A DNA stretch of 63,794 bases, counting the filler, from Stramenopiles sp. TOSAG23-3 (lineage: Eukaryota), in the NCBI GenBank assembly GCA_900128585.1. It is 9 parts of 9 records of this genome, joined end to end, with 100 filler letters (N's around TTAATTAATTAA, not from the genome) between each part and the next. Parts side by side here need not be neighbours in the genome. Positions count along the whole stretch, not along the records: positions 29,480 to 39,187 come from LT642889.1; positions 39,288 to 48,993 come from LT642890.1; 7 more parts are not named here. The stretch is one strand, 5' to 3'. The notes beneath the pieces are model-generated. The model saw only the letters and a list, made by a program, of their open reading frames with translations, was not told where the DNA came from and did no database searches. A program made the translations under genes and the position numbers. This document shows, piece by piece, positions 33,159 to 44,554 of this stretch (its first letter is position 1; each line of letters opens with the position of its first letter).

Positions 33159-34454
33159 TCAACTCGGCGAACGAAATTATCTTGAAAAACGCGGACGGAC
33201 GGCGAACAATTTGAGGCAGATACAAACAAACAGCCGCGGTTGCCTGATTTTGTCCCCTGGTCTGGTCCTACCCGCCGAATAGGAACAGGTTTCACTGTAT
33301 TCCAACAAATATGTAATACAGGGGTAGAAGGAAAAGCACTGACTGAAGAAACAAAATAGAAACACAAAATACCAACTGCACTCAATGTACAATTTCTTGT
33401 ATAGAAATACTTCGTGTTCATTTCATAATGCTATTATATACATTGGTATTATCTCCTCTTTTTTTCGCATAATAATATTATTTATTACATTACTACAGCA
33501 GTATTATTATTTTTTTTATTACCTAGTCTACTATTATTATTATATATTTATTACTACTAGACTAACAACTCCTGCTGGTCTTTATTATTATTAATAATTA
33601 ATACTCTACTGCTCTACTGTACATATTATTATATGTATTATATTTTTTATTATTATTACTACAGCTATACAGTATTATTTATTATTTTTATTATTTTATA
33701 ATATTATTGTTGTTATTATATATAGTAATAAGAGTAGAAGCGATGATTAAGGACAGTTCAGTGATGATGAAGAAGAAAAAAAACTCAACAACATATGTGT
33801 TTTTCTTCCTTTTTTTGTTCGTTGTTTGCCTGCTATTTACATTGTGCAACTTGTATTAATATTTTTTTATTACATCATATTTTATATTTTGATTTTAATA
33901 ATACTGTAATAATAATTATTAAGATCGATGACCCTGCTGATTTAAGGGGTGTGGCAGGTGGCAGTCGTTTAAAGCATGAAGTGTTTATGGTTTTAAGGAC
34001 CATGACGCGTTAGTGTTTAGTAGTAGAAGGGGAACAAGTGCACACAGTACCAAGCGATGAAAAGAAATCTTTGCGTCCATCAATAAAGAATCCGACCCTG
34101 TTGAAATCAAAAATCAAGACGACCTATTACTATATCCATAAAACCCGCATTTGCCCGTAGCCCGTATGTACTAGAATATTTTATGAGTCATGAACTGATG
34201 GTTTTTATTTTATTTTACAATATTATCTTTATGTACATTTTGTGTTGTAGTTTTTGTAATGTGACAAAATGCTAATGATATTTCGATATATCATTAATGT
34301 TCCAGGGTACACTAGACTCCTTCATGTCTTAATTGTTTACATTTAATACCTTAATATATCAATTCTTTTAACTAAAAAACTAATTAATATTTCGATATTT
34401 TTGGTCCCTGGACTAGCGCTATCTAGTGTCTCAGCAGGGGATGTCTTATTTATG

Positions 34455-34470
34455 TTAGGGGTTAGGGTTA
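34455..34470 (+). repeat. Short interstitial telomere-like repeat TTAGGGGTTAGGGTTA
   Basis: Read directly; only about 2.5 units. Confidence 0.4.
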
Positions 34471-35615
34471 AATTTACTTACACCACATAAAATAAATAAA
34501 TAATAATAAATTATTTAATTTTTTTTTGTTCCAGTAGTATTAGCTGTAATAAGTAATCAGATACAATACATAGAAAGAAGGAATTCGTCTTCTATTTTAT
34601 TATATATTGACTCGTCATCAGACGACATCTGATCCAATCTGATATATAATTATTAATGCAATTCATGACATTAAAATTGGCTAAATGTACAGTATTGAGG
34701 ATGAATAAAAAATATCTTTATTTAGATGTTGTTACGATGTAAACGAGCTCGCGTACATTAATAATGTAGGAAGAGTAACATGCCAATACAGCATATAGAG
34801 ACCGTTACATGCTTTACTTTCATTTTTATTCCTTCCTTAAATGTATGTAAAAAAGTGTTTACAATCTTCTTCATAAAAATTCTTTTCCTTTTTATTCAGT
34901 GGTATTTCAATATTATATAAAATGTTCGAAAGTTCTATCAGGGCTAATTTGACACGAGCCAAAAGATAATAATAAAAAATCAATAGATCTGACGAGAATG
35001 TATTATACTATACTATATACAGTTAAAATATAAAATAATATTATTCATAAAATAATAAAAAGGAAGGAGGAAGAAAGGAGGAATGAAGAAGGAAGAAAGG
35101 AGGGAAGGGAAGACCATCATATCATAATGCTGGATGACTGTCAGCTGCAAATTGACAGCTGTTCCAAGAAATACAGGTTCATAGTACCGCTTTTTTGTTT
35201 CCATTTGCTTGTATAGAAAGAGATCTGACTTCCCTACACTTACAATGCTGTGATATTGTTTATAATTATTATAGTCACAAAAAAAAACATATAAATAGCA
35301 TTAAAAAGCAGTTCAGCACAACAATCACTTTCTTCTTCTTTTTTATATTGAAGTATCGAATATTGTTTCCATTTAAGAGGGAATAGTATGGAAGAAGAAA
35401 AAAAGAAAAAGAGGAATGTCCTACATTCCTTTTTTCATTTCTGAGGAATGAATGTTGTTCGTGCATATACGGTGCCTTCACAAATACAAATTACGTAACT
35501 AGGTGCAGCGCAGATGTGCTATACTTTCTTTACTGTATATCAGTGGTAGACACAGACAACAACAACGCTTGTTCTTTCTTCAGTCTTCGGCCCCTCCCCC
35601 CAGACGAAGCCAAGG

Positions 35616-36092
35616 ATGCAAACGCCGCCTAGGTCGTCTGCTTTGAAGGTGGACACGGTGAGTGTTTCCCCAAGGCGAGTAAGCTCTGCTGCGGTGTGCA
35701 TTACTCCCATCAGAGTGAGCCAAACAAGCAATCCCATGTATGTATCCCAGCGCGCGTCTCCCCGCGCCGAATCGTTTACGATTCCCAGCGATATCATGGG
35801 CGCCGACCGCAGCTGGAGCGCGTTCGCCGAGGAGACCAAGCAGCAGGGCCCGTACTCAACCACAGGCCCCATGAACTACGTGCGGTGCGACAACTGCGAA
35901 CAGCAGTTCATCCCATCCACGAATCATTGCGACGATTTTTGCAGCGGAGAATGCCGTTGGAGCTGGAACGGGCGCGTGGAAAGCAACGTGCGCAAGTTCT
36001 CCTCTTCATCGTCGTGCTCGTTCTATGACTATGGTGGCCAGTCCTTGCTGGACGACGACGACGAGAGCGCGGAGTTGCGGTTTGCCCGTTAA
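35616..36092 (+). CDS. Small S/P-rich protein with an FCS-type (FLZ/TRASH-like) zinc finger
   Basis: GC-rich 158-aa ORF; CDNCEQQF...DFCSGECRWS. Confidence 0.7.
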   Translation: MQTPPRSSALKVDTVSVSPRRVSSAAVCITPIRVSQTSNPMYVSQRASPRAESFTIPSDIMGADRSWSAFAEETKQQGPYSTTGPMNYVRCDNCEQQFIPSTNHCDDFCSGECRWSWNGRVESNVRKFSSSSSCSFYDYGGQSLLDDDDESAELRFAR

Positions 36093-36544
36093 GTGCAGGG
36101 GAACCGCGCACCCCAAAAAGAAAAGGCTTTCTGAAGCATCCGTTTCCAATTTTTCTGAGGATCTTGTACAATTTTTTTATGATCCTGTCTTTCATGTTTT
36201 CCATACACCATGGCCCAGAGTATCTCGTTCGTCATACTTGACTGTGCACCCGTTTTTGTTTTTAGTCGGGTTTCAAGCAGACGTTTTTTAGACGGATACC
36301 GAATGCCTTGGTGGCGAAAGACACGTTTTGGAAGGGAGCTAGCCTTTTCCGACCACGGACCCCAGCTCGAGCGGTTCATTTGTTTTGATTTGCGCACGGC
36401 CGCCTGAAGAGCGGCCACCTTTGAACAGTACGCTTCAAATTTTTTTCCGACACATTATCGGTAGTGGATCTCATTGGGGACACACCACCGAGTCACGCGT
36501 CACCGTAGGATTTTGTTAATTTAACCGATGACTTCAAGTTTTTA

Positions 36545-36627
36545 AAAACAAGAAAATTGGCTGTTATTTAAGTAGTAATTAACTTTAGCTTCCTCATACC
36601 TTTATCCTAACTTGGTTCTGTAATTTT
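36545..36627 (-). repeat. Long copy of the dispersed 3'-intergenic element
   Basis: Reverse complement AAATTACAGAACCAAGTTAGGATAAAGGTATGAGGAAGCTAAAGTTAATTACTACTTAAATAACAGCCAATTTTCTTGTTTT aligns with 42996-43074. Confidence 0.9.
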
Positions 36628-36935
36628 GTTTCGTTGTTGGTTGTCAATCACCGCCGAGGGGGTATAATTTCCAATGAACAATTGAATTCCTTTTGTCCGT
36701 TAATGGCCTCATCCGATAACTCACTCATAGGTAAATCAATCCTTGTATCATACGATTTTCCGAGCAGCGGCTTAAATGTTTTAAAGTAACAAGACACTCT
36801 AAATTAAAAAAAACAAATTATATGTACTCTAATTATATACCATTTAACTTAAACAGATTACTAAACTTTATAATTTATTGCACGCCCCAAAGGCAATCCT
36901 TGCACGACACGCAAACTCTCATAGCACCAATCGCC

Positions 36936-37970
36936 TCATTCTATGCCCCGCAATTTGTTAAGGGCGTCCAGCATTGATTTTGAGTACACGCGCGAAAATG
37001 TCAAGGGGGAGACGCGGGAGAATGGGTCAGGACCAACCATTTGCTCTTGCTTTTGAAAGCCGAACAAGCGCATTGACGGTTCCGGATTAACCTCTAGCAG
37101 GAAGACCCTGCCATCTGCATCTACCAGAAAATCGAACCCAAAGAGTTCATAACAATTTCTCATAGGAAAAAACTCACTCTTCTTGCTTGCACGGCTGACA
37201 TCAACGAACAGATCTTTGATTATTTGTTTCATTTGCTCCAACAGGCCTTCGGCGTGATGGGCTCGGGCATTCTGGCGCCCATCGCAAAAGGATACGGACG
37301 AAAGTCGGACATTCTGGTGCTCTTCGGCGTACCCTTCGCATTCTACATTGATGCTTTGGTTCGTTATGTGCGTGTAGTCATCTCCCCACTCCTTTGCTTG
37401 CCAGGGCCGGGTGGCTATTATAGCCCTCGGCTTTTTGTGCATGTACACGTCCAGGTCCCCCACAGCGAGTACCATAGTTCTGATGTGGAATTTATGCCCT
37501 TGGCCATCCGTTCCTGATTTCTTGATAAGCAACGGCTTTACATAAGCTTGCAAAATTCGGGGCTCTTCTCTAAAATCTTTGTCGCAAACATTTGCCTCTT
37601 TTAGCGCGTCCCGCGCCATATTTTGAAAACATACGATTCCATAAGCATTCGAACTATCGCTTAACTTCAAAACCCACCCTACCCGTTTTGCCCCGGGTTC
37701 TACCGTCCTGCCCCTCTCGCCGCTTACTATTGCTTCTAGTTCGTCTATGGAGCGCACGACAAAGGTCTCCAGTTGGTGCTTTCTTGCATAATTAATCAAG
37801 AGGTCCTTGCGAATGATTGCCGAACGCACAAACATTCTATTTGCAGTGAGTTTTTTAGAAAAGACAAGTGGCCATTGTATTTCTCTCCAGCGTTTGCTGA
37901 GCTCGGTCTCCCTGACCGCGCTTGGACTTGCGGGACGAACCTGTTCATTATCCGCCACTACGCTGGCCAT
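36936..37970 (-). CDS. Tubulin-tyrosine ligase family (ATP-grasp) protein
   Basis: WVLKLS.SSNAYGI, ILQAYVKPLLI, KFHIRTMVL, HITNQSIN, YELFGFDFLVD...FLLEVNPEP. Confidence 0.92.
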   Translation of the reverse strand: MASVVADNEQVRPASPSAVRETELSKRWREIQWPLVFSKKLTANRMFVRSAIIRKDLLINYARKHQLETFVVRSIDELEAIVSGERGRTVEPGAKRVGWVLKLSDSSNAYGIVCFQNMARDALKEANVCDKDFREEPRILQAYVKPLLIKKSGTDGQGHKFHIRTMVLAVGDLDVYMHKKPRAIIATRPWQAKEWGDDYTHITNQSINVECEGYAEEHQNVRLSSVSFCDGRQNARAHHAEGLLEQMKQIIKDLFVDVSRASKKSEFFPMRNCYELFGFDFLVDADGRVFLLEVNPEPSMRLFGFQKQEQMVGPDPFSRVSPLTFSRVYSKSMLDALNKLRGIE

Positions 37971-38227
37971 ACTGTACTATTGTCTATGTGCCAAACTATC
38001 TGCAACATGTATCGCTTCGTGTGAGACTGGGTACGGATGCAATACACCTGTGCTTACATTCGCAATAAAATATTGAGTTTTCTAACCAAATTCAAATTCA
38101 AAATTGATTATTATTATTATTTTTGATTATATATACCACCAGGTGTAATATAATACATTATTATTATTATTTATTATTTTTTTAATAATTTTATTGTTGT
38201 TTTGCTTTATTTATGTTGTGTTGTAAC

Positions 38228-38926
38228 CACTTTTCTGTCACCATTTTAATGTTACAAAAAGGGTATTATATTTCAACTTTTGCCCTTAAAATGAATTATC
38301 CGAACTGCTAGTACTTCAAAATTTCTCTTCTTCTTTCTTCAGTAGGAGTAGTATTTTAATTTATTATTACTTATTTCACATTCATGCCTTCATAAATGTA
38401 AAGGTAATTGCAAAGACAGTTACCAAACGCTCTCAGGATTGCATTTATCTCATGTAGTGAAAGTTGATTTGAAACTATATATATATATATATATGCCAGT
38501 AGCCAAGCCAGTAGACAACTCAAAAAGTTTAGCCATGTCCACGCACTTTGATTCCTCAAAAAGTTTAGCTGGGCCCGCGCCCTTGGGCGACTCTGAAAGT
38601 CAGGTTGCGCCGGCACACTTGGATTCCTGAAAGTTAGTTGGTGAGAAAATAATCAAACTGCGAATTGAAAAGTCAACCAATTGTCAGTAGACCAGTCTAA
38701 AGCCAGTTTGTTTGTGTACAATGTGTGGAAAGAAAAATATCCACAAGCCGCCAGGTCCTGCTCAGCATACAAGAGTTAGAAGTAGTACAGATTAATGTAA
38801 TAACCAATAAATACTATTGAATATATTATATATTTTTTAATATTCAATTTAATATATCAAGTTTAAGGAATACTACACAATATATTCAATTTTATATTGA
38901 AAAGAAAAAATGGTGACAGAAAAGTG
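38228..38926. mobile_element. Putative 699-bp non-autonomous DNA transposon (MITE-like) with perfect 20-bp terminal inverted repeats
   Basis: CACTTTTCTGTCACCATTTT (38228-38247) and AAAATGGTGACAGAAAAGTG (38907-38926); internal short direct repeats; no convincing ORF; no target-site duplication recognised. Confidence 0.55.
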
Positions 38927-39187
38927 CTGCATATAATATGTCAATAGCTCTTAAATAACAATGGATTTGGCTGCTGCGTGCTTTTATAATTGAGCTTCTT
39001 CTCATCACATGATGATACCTCCTCCCTTCTTCTTCTTCCTATTAAAGTGTACACTACACGGTATACTGAATTTGAAAAAAAAAATATCATCATCAAGCGC
39101 TTTTGAAGAAGAGACATTAAAATATTACTGGAGTATAATATTTTATATGTACAGACGACATACCTCCCCATTCTATCCGCATACAGA

Positions 39188-39287
39188 NNNNNNNNNNNNN
39201 NNNNNNNNNNNNNNNNNNNNNNNNNNNNNNNTTAATTAATTAANNNNNNNNNNNNNNNNNNNNNNNNNNNNNNNNNNNNNNNNNNNN
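39188..39287. other. Artificial contig linker
   Basis: N44-TTAATTAATTAA-N44. Confidence 0.99.
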
Positions 39288-39731
39288 ACCACCTTCATCA
39301 TCATCTTCGTATCGTCTAAATAAATGATCTATATTTATATATCATCTACGTAAAATACTGAAAGAATCCCCTAGATATAATACTATTAATAACCCACACA
39401 CCCACACCACCATGGCGATAAAAAGTCTTATTATTAAATACTACGTGGAGGTAATGTGGTGAACGCAGAAGGCATTTGTTGAAGAATGAATGTCCCGGTA
39501 CCGTACCTGGTAAGAAGTAAGAACAAACGAGTATGTGAATTGGATATATATAGTTAACATTTTTCAAGAGAAGATGAACAAACAGAGGGAAAAGTAACGT
39601 AAAAGAAAAATTTGGCAACAAACGTTTATTTAATATAATACATTGTATATATATATATACACACATCAGCACAGATATTTTTTCATAAATCTATTACAGG
39701 TTACTAAGACGGAGGCGAGCCTTTGTTTACA

Positions 39732-42700
39732 ATGACAACCTTGCTCCAGTTGAAACGGGGCGATCGTGTTTGTACCATTTCACAGTATTCCCGACCCAGC
39801 TGTTTGTTGAAGAACGAGGTCGGGGTTATCATTCAGAAAATAAAGGACAACGTTGCATGGCGCACTAAGCGTTTGAACAAGTCCATGTACATGGTGAAGG
39901 GGCCAAGGGGGGAGACTACAATCTTTCACCCCGAAGACATAAAACTGAGTGCTGGTGCAATTGTCAAAGCACCGAGTTTAGTACGGAAAAGTTGTGAAGA
40001 CGAGGCCTTTGAGAAACACGACGATGCCACCGCTGGTAAAAAGAATGTGGGAATATCCCTGCCTATTTTGGTCAGAACAGAGTCGTACGACGCCGTCCAG
40101 GACAACGACGAAGCAGAAAGCGGGGAGGACTGCGTGTTCCAGCCCCAGAATGACGAAGACCAGTACGACAGCGACGGGGCGATGGACCCGTGGGAAACGG
40201 TGTACAGCAGCAAGCGAGCGGCGCATGGAGAGGATGGCTCAAAGGGTGTCCTCAACCGAACGCAGAGCGCAATTGACGCCGAAATAAGGATCGCGTACTG
40301 GCGCGATCCAGTCAAGGTAAGGAAAGAGAGAAAAAAATACGAGCGGATGGGAAAGGATCCACCAAAAACAGCGGTGTTATCTCGATTGGAGAACGAAGGG
40401 AATTTTGAGGTTGTCCACTTTGAGACTGAGGATATCCTGAATGGCAGGCTACGAAACGAGGATTTTGACATATTGCTGGTGCCGGGCGGATATGCGGACA
40501 ATTACATGGAAGCCTTAGGGGGGTATGAAGGAGAAGGCGCCGAAGAGATCAAGGAATTTGTTGGCCGGGGCGGTTCTTACGTTGGTATTTGCGCGGGAGC
40601 GTACGTCGGGTGCAATTTTGGGTTGGAACTTGTGGACGTTGATGTGGTGGATTTAGAGCATTGGAATCGGGGCATGTCGCAGCGGTGCTGGTTAGAGTAT
40701 AGCGAGGAGGGACAAAAAATTATGACCGGGACAGTAGACCGAGTGAATTCTTGCCTAGTTCGGTACGCAAACGGACCATTGCTATCCATAAACGAGACGA
40801 GTAATGCAATTGCATTAGCCATTTTTCGATCGGATTTTGCAAAGAAGAAGTCCATGAAGAAGGGCATCATGAAAGATTCGCCAGCCATTGTGGTGTCCGA
40901 CTCCACCAAAGTCAGAAAAGGAAGGGTAGTGCTGATCTCTCCGCACCCGGAAGACGGAGAACCGTGGACCAAATCCCATTTTCGCAACCTCTTCCGCTGG
41001 GCAGCTGGGCACGATCCCGCAGAGGTGTTGCCTGAAAAGGACCTAACCCCAGAGAACCAAAGAAAGGTTCGGGGGTCATGGTGGAGACAGCTCGTGCGCC
41101 TTGACCCAAGAAAGTACAAGCCGTCGCTAAAAGATTACGGGGTGATGAACAGCCTGAAGGTGCTGAACAAAGAAGGCAGGGATTCCAAGACAACTCTACT
41201 TTCGCCCAACAAACAGCGTCGCATGGTGCCTTTGAAAAAGACAGCGACGAAACAAGTCGCAAAGGACACAAAGCACAAAAAAGGGACTTTAAATGGTTTG
41301 CTGCCAGCCCCGAAAGATGGGTACAGTATGATGCGCACGAAGTCAATCGCGCTGCCCTACATTGAGTACATCAACGGACCGATCCTGTTGACGGCCCCGC
41401 ACGGGCTGAAGCTGGCTGGCCCCCGCCGCTCCCACAAGCGTGAAAAGCATACCTCCGAAATTGTTATGCTCCTTGCAAAAAAGATAGAAAAGTACTTGGG
41501 TCAACCTGCCAGTTTCATGGTTTGGAACTACAAGACAGCAAGAAAGTCAGACCGTCGAAACCTGGACCCCAATTATCTCCTTCAATCCGAGTGGAACGAC
41601 AGCCCATTCCACACAACATTGTTGAAATTTCGCGCCAAGTTCAAAGACCGCAAGATCCCCTGTTTTCATGTAGACTTTCATGGTAAGGGAAACAGGAGAA
41701 AATCCTCCAGTTGGAAGGTCGACATTGGCATGGAACCGTTCGTTCAGCACCCTGATAGCGTTGGATGGAACGACGATGAAGTTGAGGTGTTGAGAGCGAA
41801 GTTTCAGACCGAGTTCGACAAAAACTTCGAAGGGGTTACTCTTGGAGGAAAAAAAATCATTTCTGACCCAGACCCACGCTTGCATGGGTGGTGGGGCAGT
41901 GATGATGACGACGAAACTACAATGACACACCAAGCGGTACTAGAAGGGATACCCAGCCTTCAACTGGAAAACCCAAGGGCATTCAGAGAATTATTAATGC
42001 GTTCAAGCAGCAAGGGAAAGTACGATTCTGATGGGTTGTTAGACAAGTATGCGCGCGTTATTGTAGACGCATACAAGCGTGCGGCTGAGATAGAACATTC
42101 TCATGGTATTGGCGGCGTTTATGAAGAAGAGGTTCCACTGCGTGTGTCTCGCCCTCCACAAGACGAGGGTCCGCATGAGGAGGTAATTCAAAAAATAGGA
42201 GAAGGAGACGCCGTCAACCTCCCCTTCTTCGTGTATGGATCATTGCGACCGGACGATGTGACAAATATGCCATGGAGAGACGAATGGCTGCAGGGTGCAC
42301 AACGTTCCTCGGAGGGGCAAATTTATGGTAAAATGTACGATGATACATTCGCAAGCGTCGTTCTCTGCCCGAATGGGTCTACTGTGAATGGGTTTCTTAT
42401 AGAATTTCCTGCCGACATTTATGTGGAAAAACTTCAAGTGGCCGACGATATTGAGGGTTACCCAGACTTCTACAATAGGGAAACAACCACTGTAACCCTC
42501 AGGAATGGCGGGCAGGCAAAGGCGTGGGTTTACACAAGGGCCAAATGCAAGAAAAACAACCCCATTTCATCCGGTGATTGGGTTCATCACAAAGCATCTA
42601 CAAACCCCGTCTTGAAGGCGGTAAAGGCATTCGAAGGCAGCGGGTTCCCCGTTTACCAGGGTCAAATTTTACCAAACGGAAAGGCAGTCTATGAAAACAA

Positions 42701-42776
42701 TTTTAAAGGTATGATCGATCAAATGGTTTCCGATGCTAGAGCTTTAGATGGGCCAGATCCGGACCGACAGGTGTAA
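39732..42776 (+). CDS. Triple fusion: BPL_N-type class I glutamine amidotransferase-like + N-formylglutamate amidohydrolase-like + gamma-glutamylcyclotransferase (GGCT/AIG2-like)
   Basis: LLVPGG, YVGICAGAY, YANGP, ISPHPE; ILLTAPHG, EKHT, NLDPN, VDFHG, LQLE; FFVYGSLRPD, DDIEGYPDFYNRE, AWVY, ISSGDW. First ATG at 39732. Confidence 0.85.
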   Translation: MTTLLQLKRGDRVCTISQYSRPSCLLKNEVGVIIQKIKDNVAWRTKRLNKSMYMVKGPRGETTIFHPEDIKLSAGAIVKAPSLVRKSCEDEAFEKHDDATAGKKNVGISLPILVRTESYDAVQDNDEAESGEDCVFQPQNDEDQYDSDGAMDPWETVYSSKRAAHGEDGSKGVLNRTQSAIDAEIRIAYWRDPVKVRKERKKYERMGKDPPKTAVLSRLENEGNFEVVHFETEDILNGRLRNEDFDILLVPGGYADNYMEALGGYEGEGAEEIKEFVGRGGSYVGICAGAYVGCNFGLELVDVDVVDLEHWNRGMSQRCWLEYSEEGQKIMTGTVDRVNSCLVRYANGPLLSINETSNAIALAIFRSDFAKKKSMKKGIMKDSPAIVVSDSTKVRKGRVVLISPHPEDGEPWTKSHFRNLFRWAAGHDPAEVLPEKDLTPENQRKVRGSWWRQLVRLDPRKYKPSLKDYGVMNSLKVLNKEGRDSKTTLLSPNKQRRMVPLKKTATKQVAKDTKHKKGTLNGLLPAPKDGYSMMRTKSIALPYIEYINGPILLTAPHGLKLAGPRRSHKREKHTSEIVMLLAKKIEKYLGQPASFMVWNYKTARKSDRRNLDPNYLLQSEWNDSPFHTTLLKFRAKFKDRKIPCFHVDFHGKGNRRKSSSWKVDIGMEPFVQHPDSVGWNDDEVEVLRAKFQTEFDKNFEGVTLGGKKIISDPDPRLHGWWGSDDDDETTMTHQAVLEGIPSLQLENPRAFRELLMRSSSKGKYDSDGLLDKYARVIVDAYKRAAEIEHSHGIGGVYEEEVPLRVSRPPQDEGPHEEVIQKIGEGDAVNLPFFVYGSLRPDDVTNMPWRDEWLQGAQRSSEGQIYGKMYDDTFASVVLCPNGSTVNGFLIEFPADIYVEKLQVADDIEGYPDFYNRETTTVTLRNGGQAKAWVYTRAKCKKNNPISSGDWVHHKASTNPVLKAVKAFEGSGFPVYQGQILPNGKAVYENNFKGMIDQMVSDARALDGPDPDRQV

Positions 42777-42995
42777 TTTAGAAGTGGCGATTATTCTTTT
42801 TACATCAACATACCACGAGGGCTACGCCGAAAAACGCAAATGACTGCTGTTTTAACACTAATATTGTTAACTATATGAATAAAAATATCCATAGTAGCAT
42901 ATAGACTAACAGCAAAAACTCTCTCCCCCCAACATCATAAAAAACAATATTCTGTGTACACCATCAGTAAAACAAAAAATATTAAAATTTAGACG

Positions 42996-43098
42996 AAATT
43001 ACATAACCAAGTTAGGATTAGGGTACGACGAAGCTAAATTTAATTACTTAAATAACAGCCAATTTTTTTGTTTTAATTTACGCTAAATTTAATTACTT
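42996..43098 (+). repeat. Long copy of the dispersed element plus a partial duplicate (GCTAAATTTAATTACTT)
   Basis: AACCAAGTTAGGATTAGGGTACGACGAAGCTAAATTTAATTACTTAAATAACAGCCAATTTTTTTGTTTT between convergent genes. Confidence 0.9.
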
Positions 43099-43201
43099 TG
43101 TTTAATTTATCATTCCTTCATATGATATCACGAAAGTGAATCTGCCCCTTTTGTCAAGATATTCATAATTTAATTCGTAGTTTCTGTGGTAATTTTATTT
43201 T

Positions 43202-44554
43202 TCAACCAAAACTAGCATTGATAGACTTAATTACATTGCCCGCGGTTTTCCCGTCCGTTTCCATTAGATTGACAATCACCATGTGTGAATCCCAATCAAA
43301 GACAATACCGCCAAAATTGTTTACCTCAACCAGGCTTCCAATCCGCAAGTTGTCCGGCTCAGTAACGTACTGCATCGTATGAGTAAGAGAAGATGACGTG
43401 ACCTCAATGATACTTTCGGTCTTGTAAATTCCTCCGACATGTCTATCACCACTTGCGACTAGCGACACCTTGCATTTCGATTCCTTTAACAGCTTAAAAA
43501 TTCTGTCCCTTTCTTTTGGAAACAGCCCCCAAAGTTCCCAACCAGATGCTATAGAAATCATCTGAAAGGATGAGACAATCACACAGACCTCAGCCTCTCG
43601 TTTCAATTCTTCCTCCAACCACAACCATTGTGTTTCACCAAGAATGGTTTTCGAACTGTCGATTGAGGGAACATACTCGCCTTTGGTCAGATAAGATTTC
43701 TTGGGGTCCCGCTTTACCCAAGGGCTCTTGAAATACCGCAAATCTAAGACTATTATACTAACCCGACGATTTCCCCTTCCAAAGTGGTAAGAGCCATAAA
43801 CGCCGTCCCTTTCCTTCCTCTGGTCCACCTTGTTTGAGGCACGATCAATTTCAAAGTAATGTTTAAAGATCGTTTGAGATTCTTTTTTGTATTCAAATGT
43901 TCCATCCGCATCGTTTCGCCCGAAATCGTGATCATCCCACACTGGCAATATTGGGAATTTGGATCGAAATCCGTTAAAAGAGGGCTTTTTCTCCAGCTCA
44001 GCATACGCCTGTTTCAGATTAGAGCATTCGCCGGTAGGGCAAGCCGCCGCCCACTCCTTACCGGCGTAATCTCCGTAGATGTTGTCACCGGCGAATATGA
44101 AGATATCTGGATGAAACTCCGTCGCGATCGTGTCCCAAAAAGGTTGCGGATACGCTTGGTTGGCACAAGATCCAAATGCAATAGAAGTTAGTGTTTTTGC
44201 GTTCTCGGCGAAAATTCGTATGAACCGGCGCTCGTTGTGAGGCCACGGTTTCATTATGCCAAGGGCAAGTACAAGAGAGAAAAACAGAATAGCAATCACC
44301 ATGCAAACCACTGGGTACGCAATTAAAGAACGTTTCAAGTACCACGGCTTTGCCCCAGCACTTTTTCGATTGGCTTCTGTTTTAGGACAGCAAATTAAAG
44401 GATACCCGCCAAGTGCGTCTTTTAAAAACGAAACATTCCACTCACCGCTGCGGGTACCATTAAACCCCGTCTGGGTGTCTGCCGCAACCTCTTCCAACAG
44501 TATTTCATTTCCTTCATCGTCATTGCCACGCAAACGAACATGGTTATTAGCCAT
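43202..44554 (-). CDS. phoD: PhoD-type alkaline phosphatase with an N-terminal membrane anchor
   Basis: IAFGSCANQ, FAGDNIYGD, WDDHDFG.ND, LDLRYF, ILGETQWLWLEEEL, SGDRHVG, EVTSSSLT; first ATG at 44554. Confidence 0.95.
   Translation of the reverse strand: MANNHVRLRGNDDEGNEILLEEVAADTQTGFNGTRSGEWNVSFLKDALGGYPLICCPKTEANRKSAGAKPWYLKRSLIAYPVVCMVIAILFFSLVLALGIMKPWPHNERRFIRIFAENAKTLTSIAFGSCANQAYPQPFWDTIATEFHPDIFIFAGDNIYGDYAGKEWAAACPTGECSNLKQAYAELEKKPSFNGFRSKFPILPVWDDHDFGRNDADGTFEYKKESQTIFKHYFEIDRASNKVDQRKERDGVYGSYHFGRGNRRVSIIVLDLRYFKSPWVKRDPKKSYLTKGEYVPSIDSSKTILGETQWLWLEEELKREAEVCVIVSSFQMISIASGWELWGLFPKERDRIFKLLKESKCKVSLVASGDRHVGGIYKTESIIEVTSSSLTHTMQYVTEPDNLRIGSLVEVNNFGGIVFDWDSHMVIVNLMETDGKTAGNVIKSINASFG

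Noticed and set aside
34455-34470. Telomere or chromosome end
   Set aside because: Only about 2.5 degenerate units, internal to a contig.
33385-35481. Short I/Y/F/K-rich ORFs in AT-rich spacers (also 795-986, 24868-25661, 27415-27651, 55455-55862)
   Set aside because: Translations of microsatellite or low-complexity DNA.
36936-42776. TTL ligase next to a glutamyl-hydrolase fusion as a writer/eraser pair
   Set aside because: Separated by a contig linker (39188-39287), so the adjacency is artificial.
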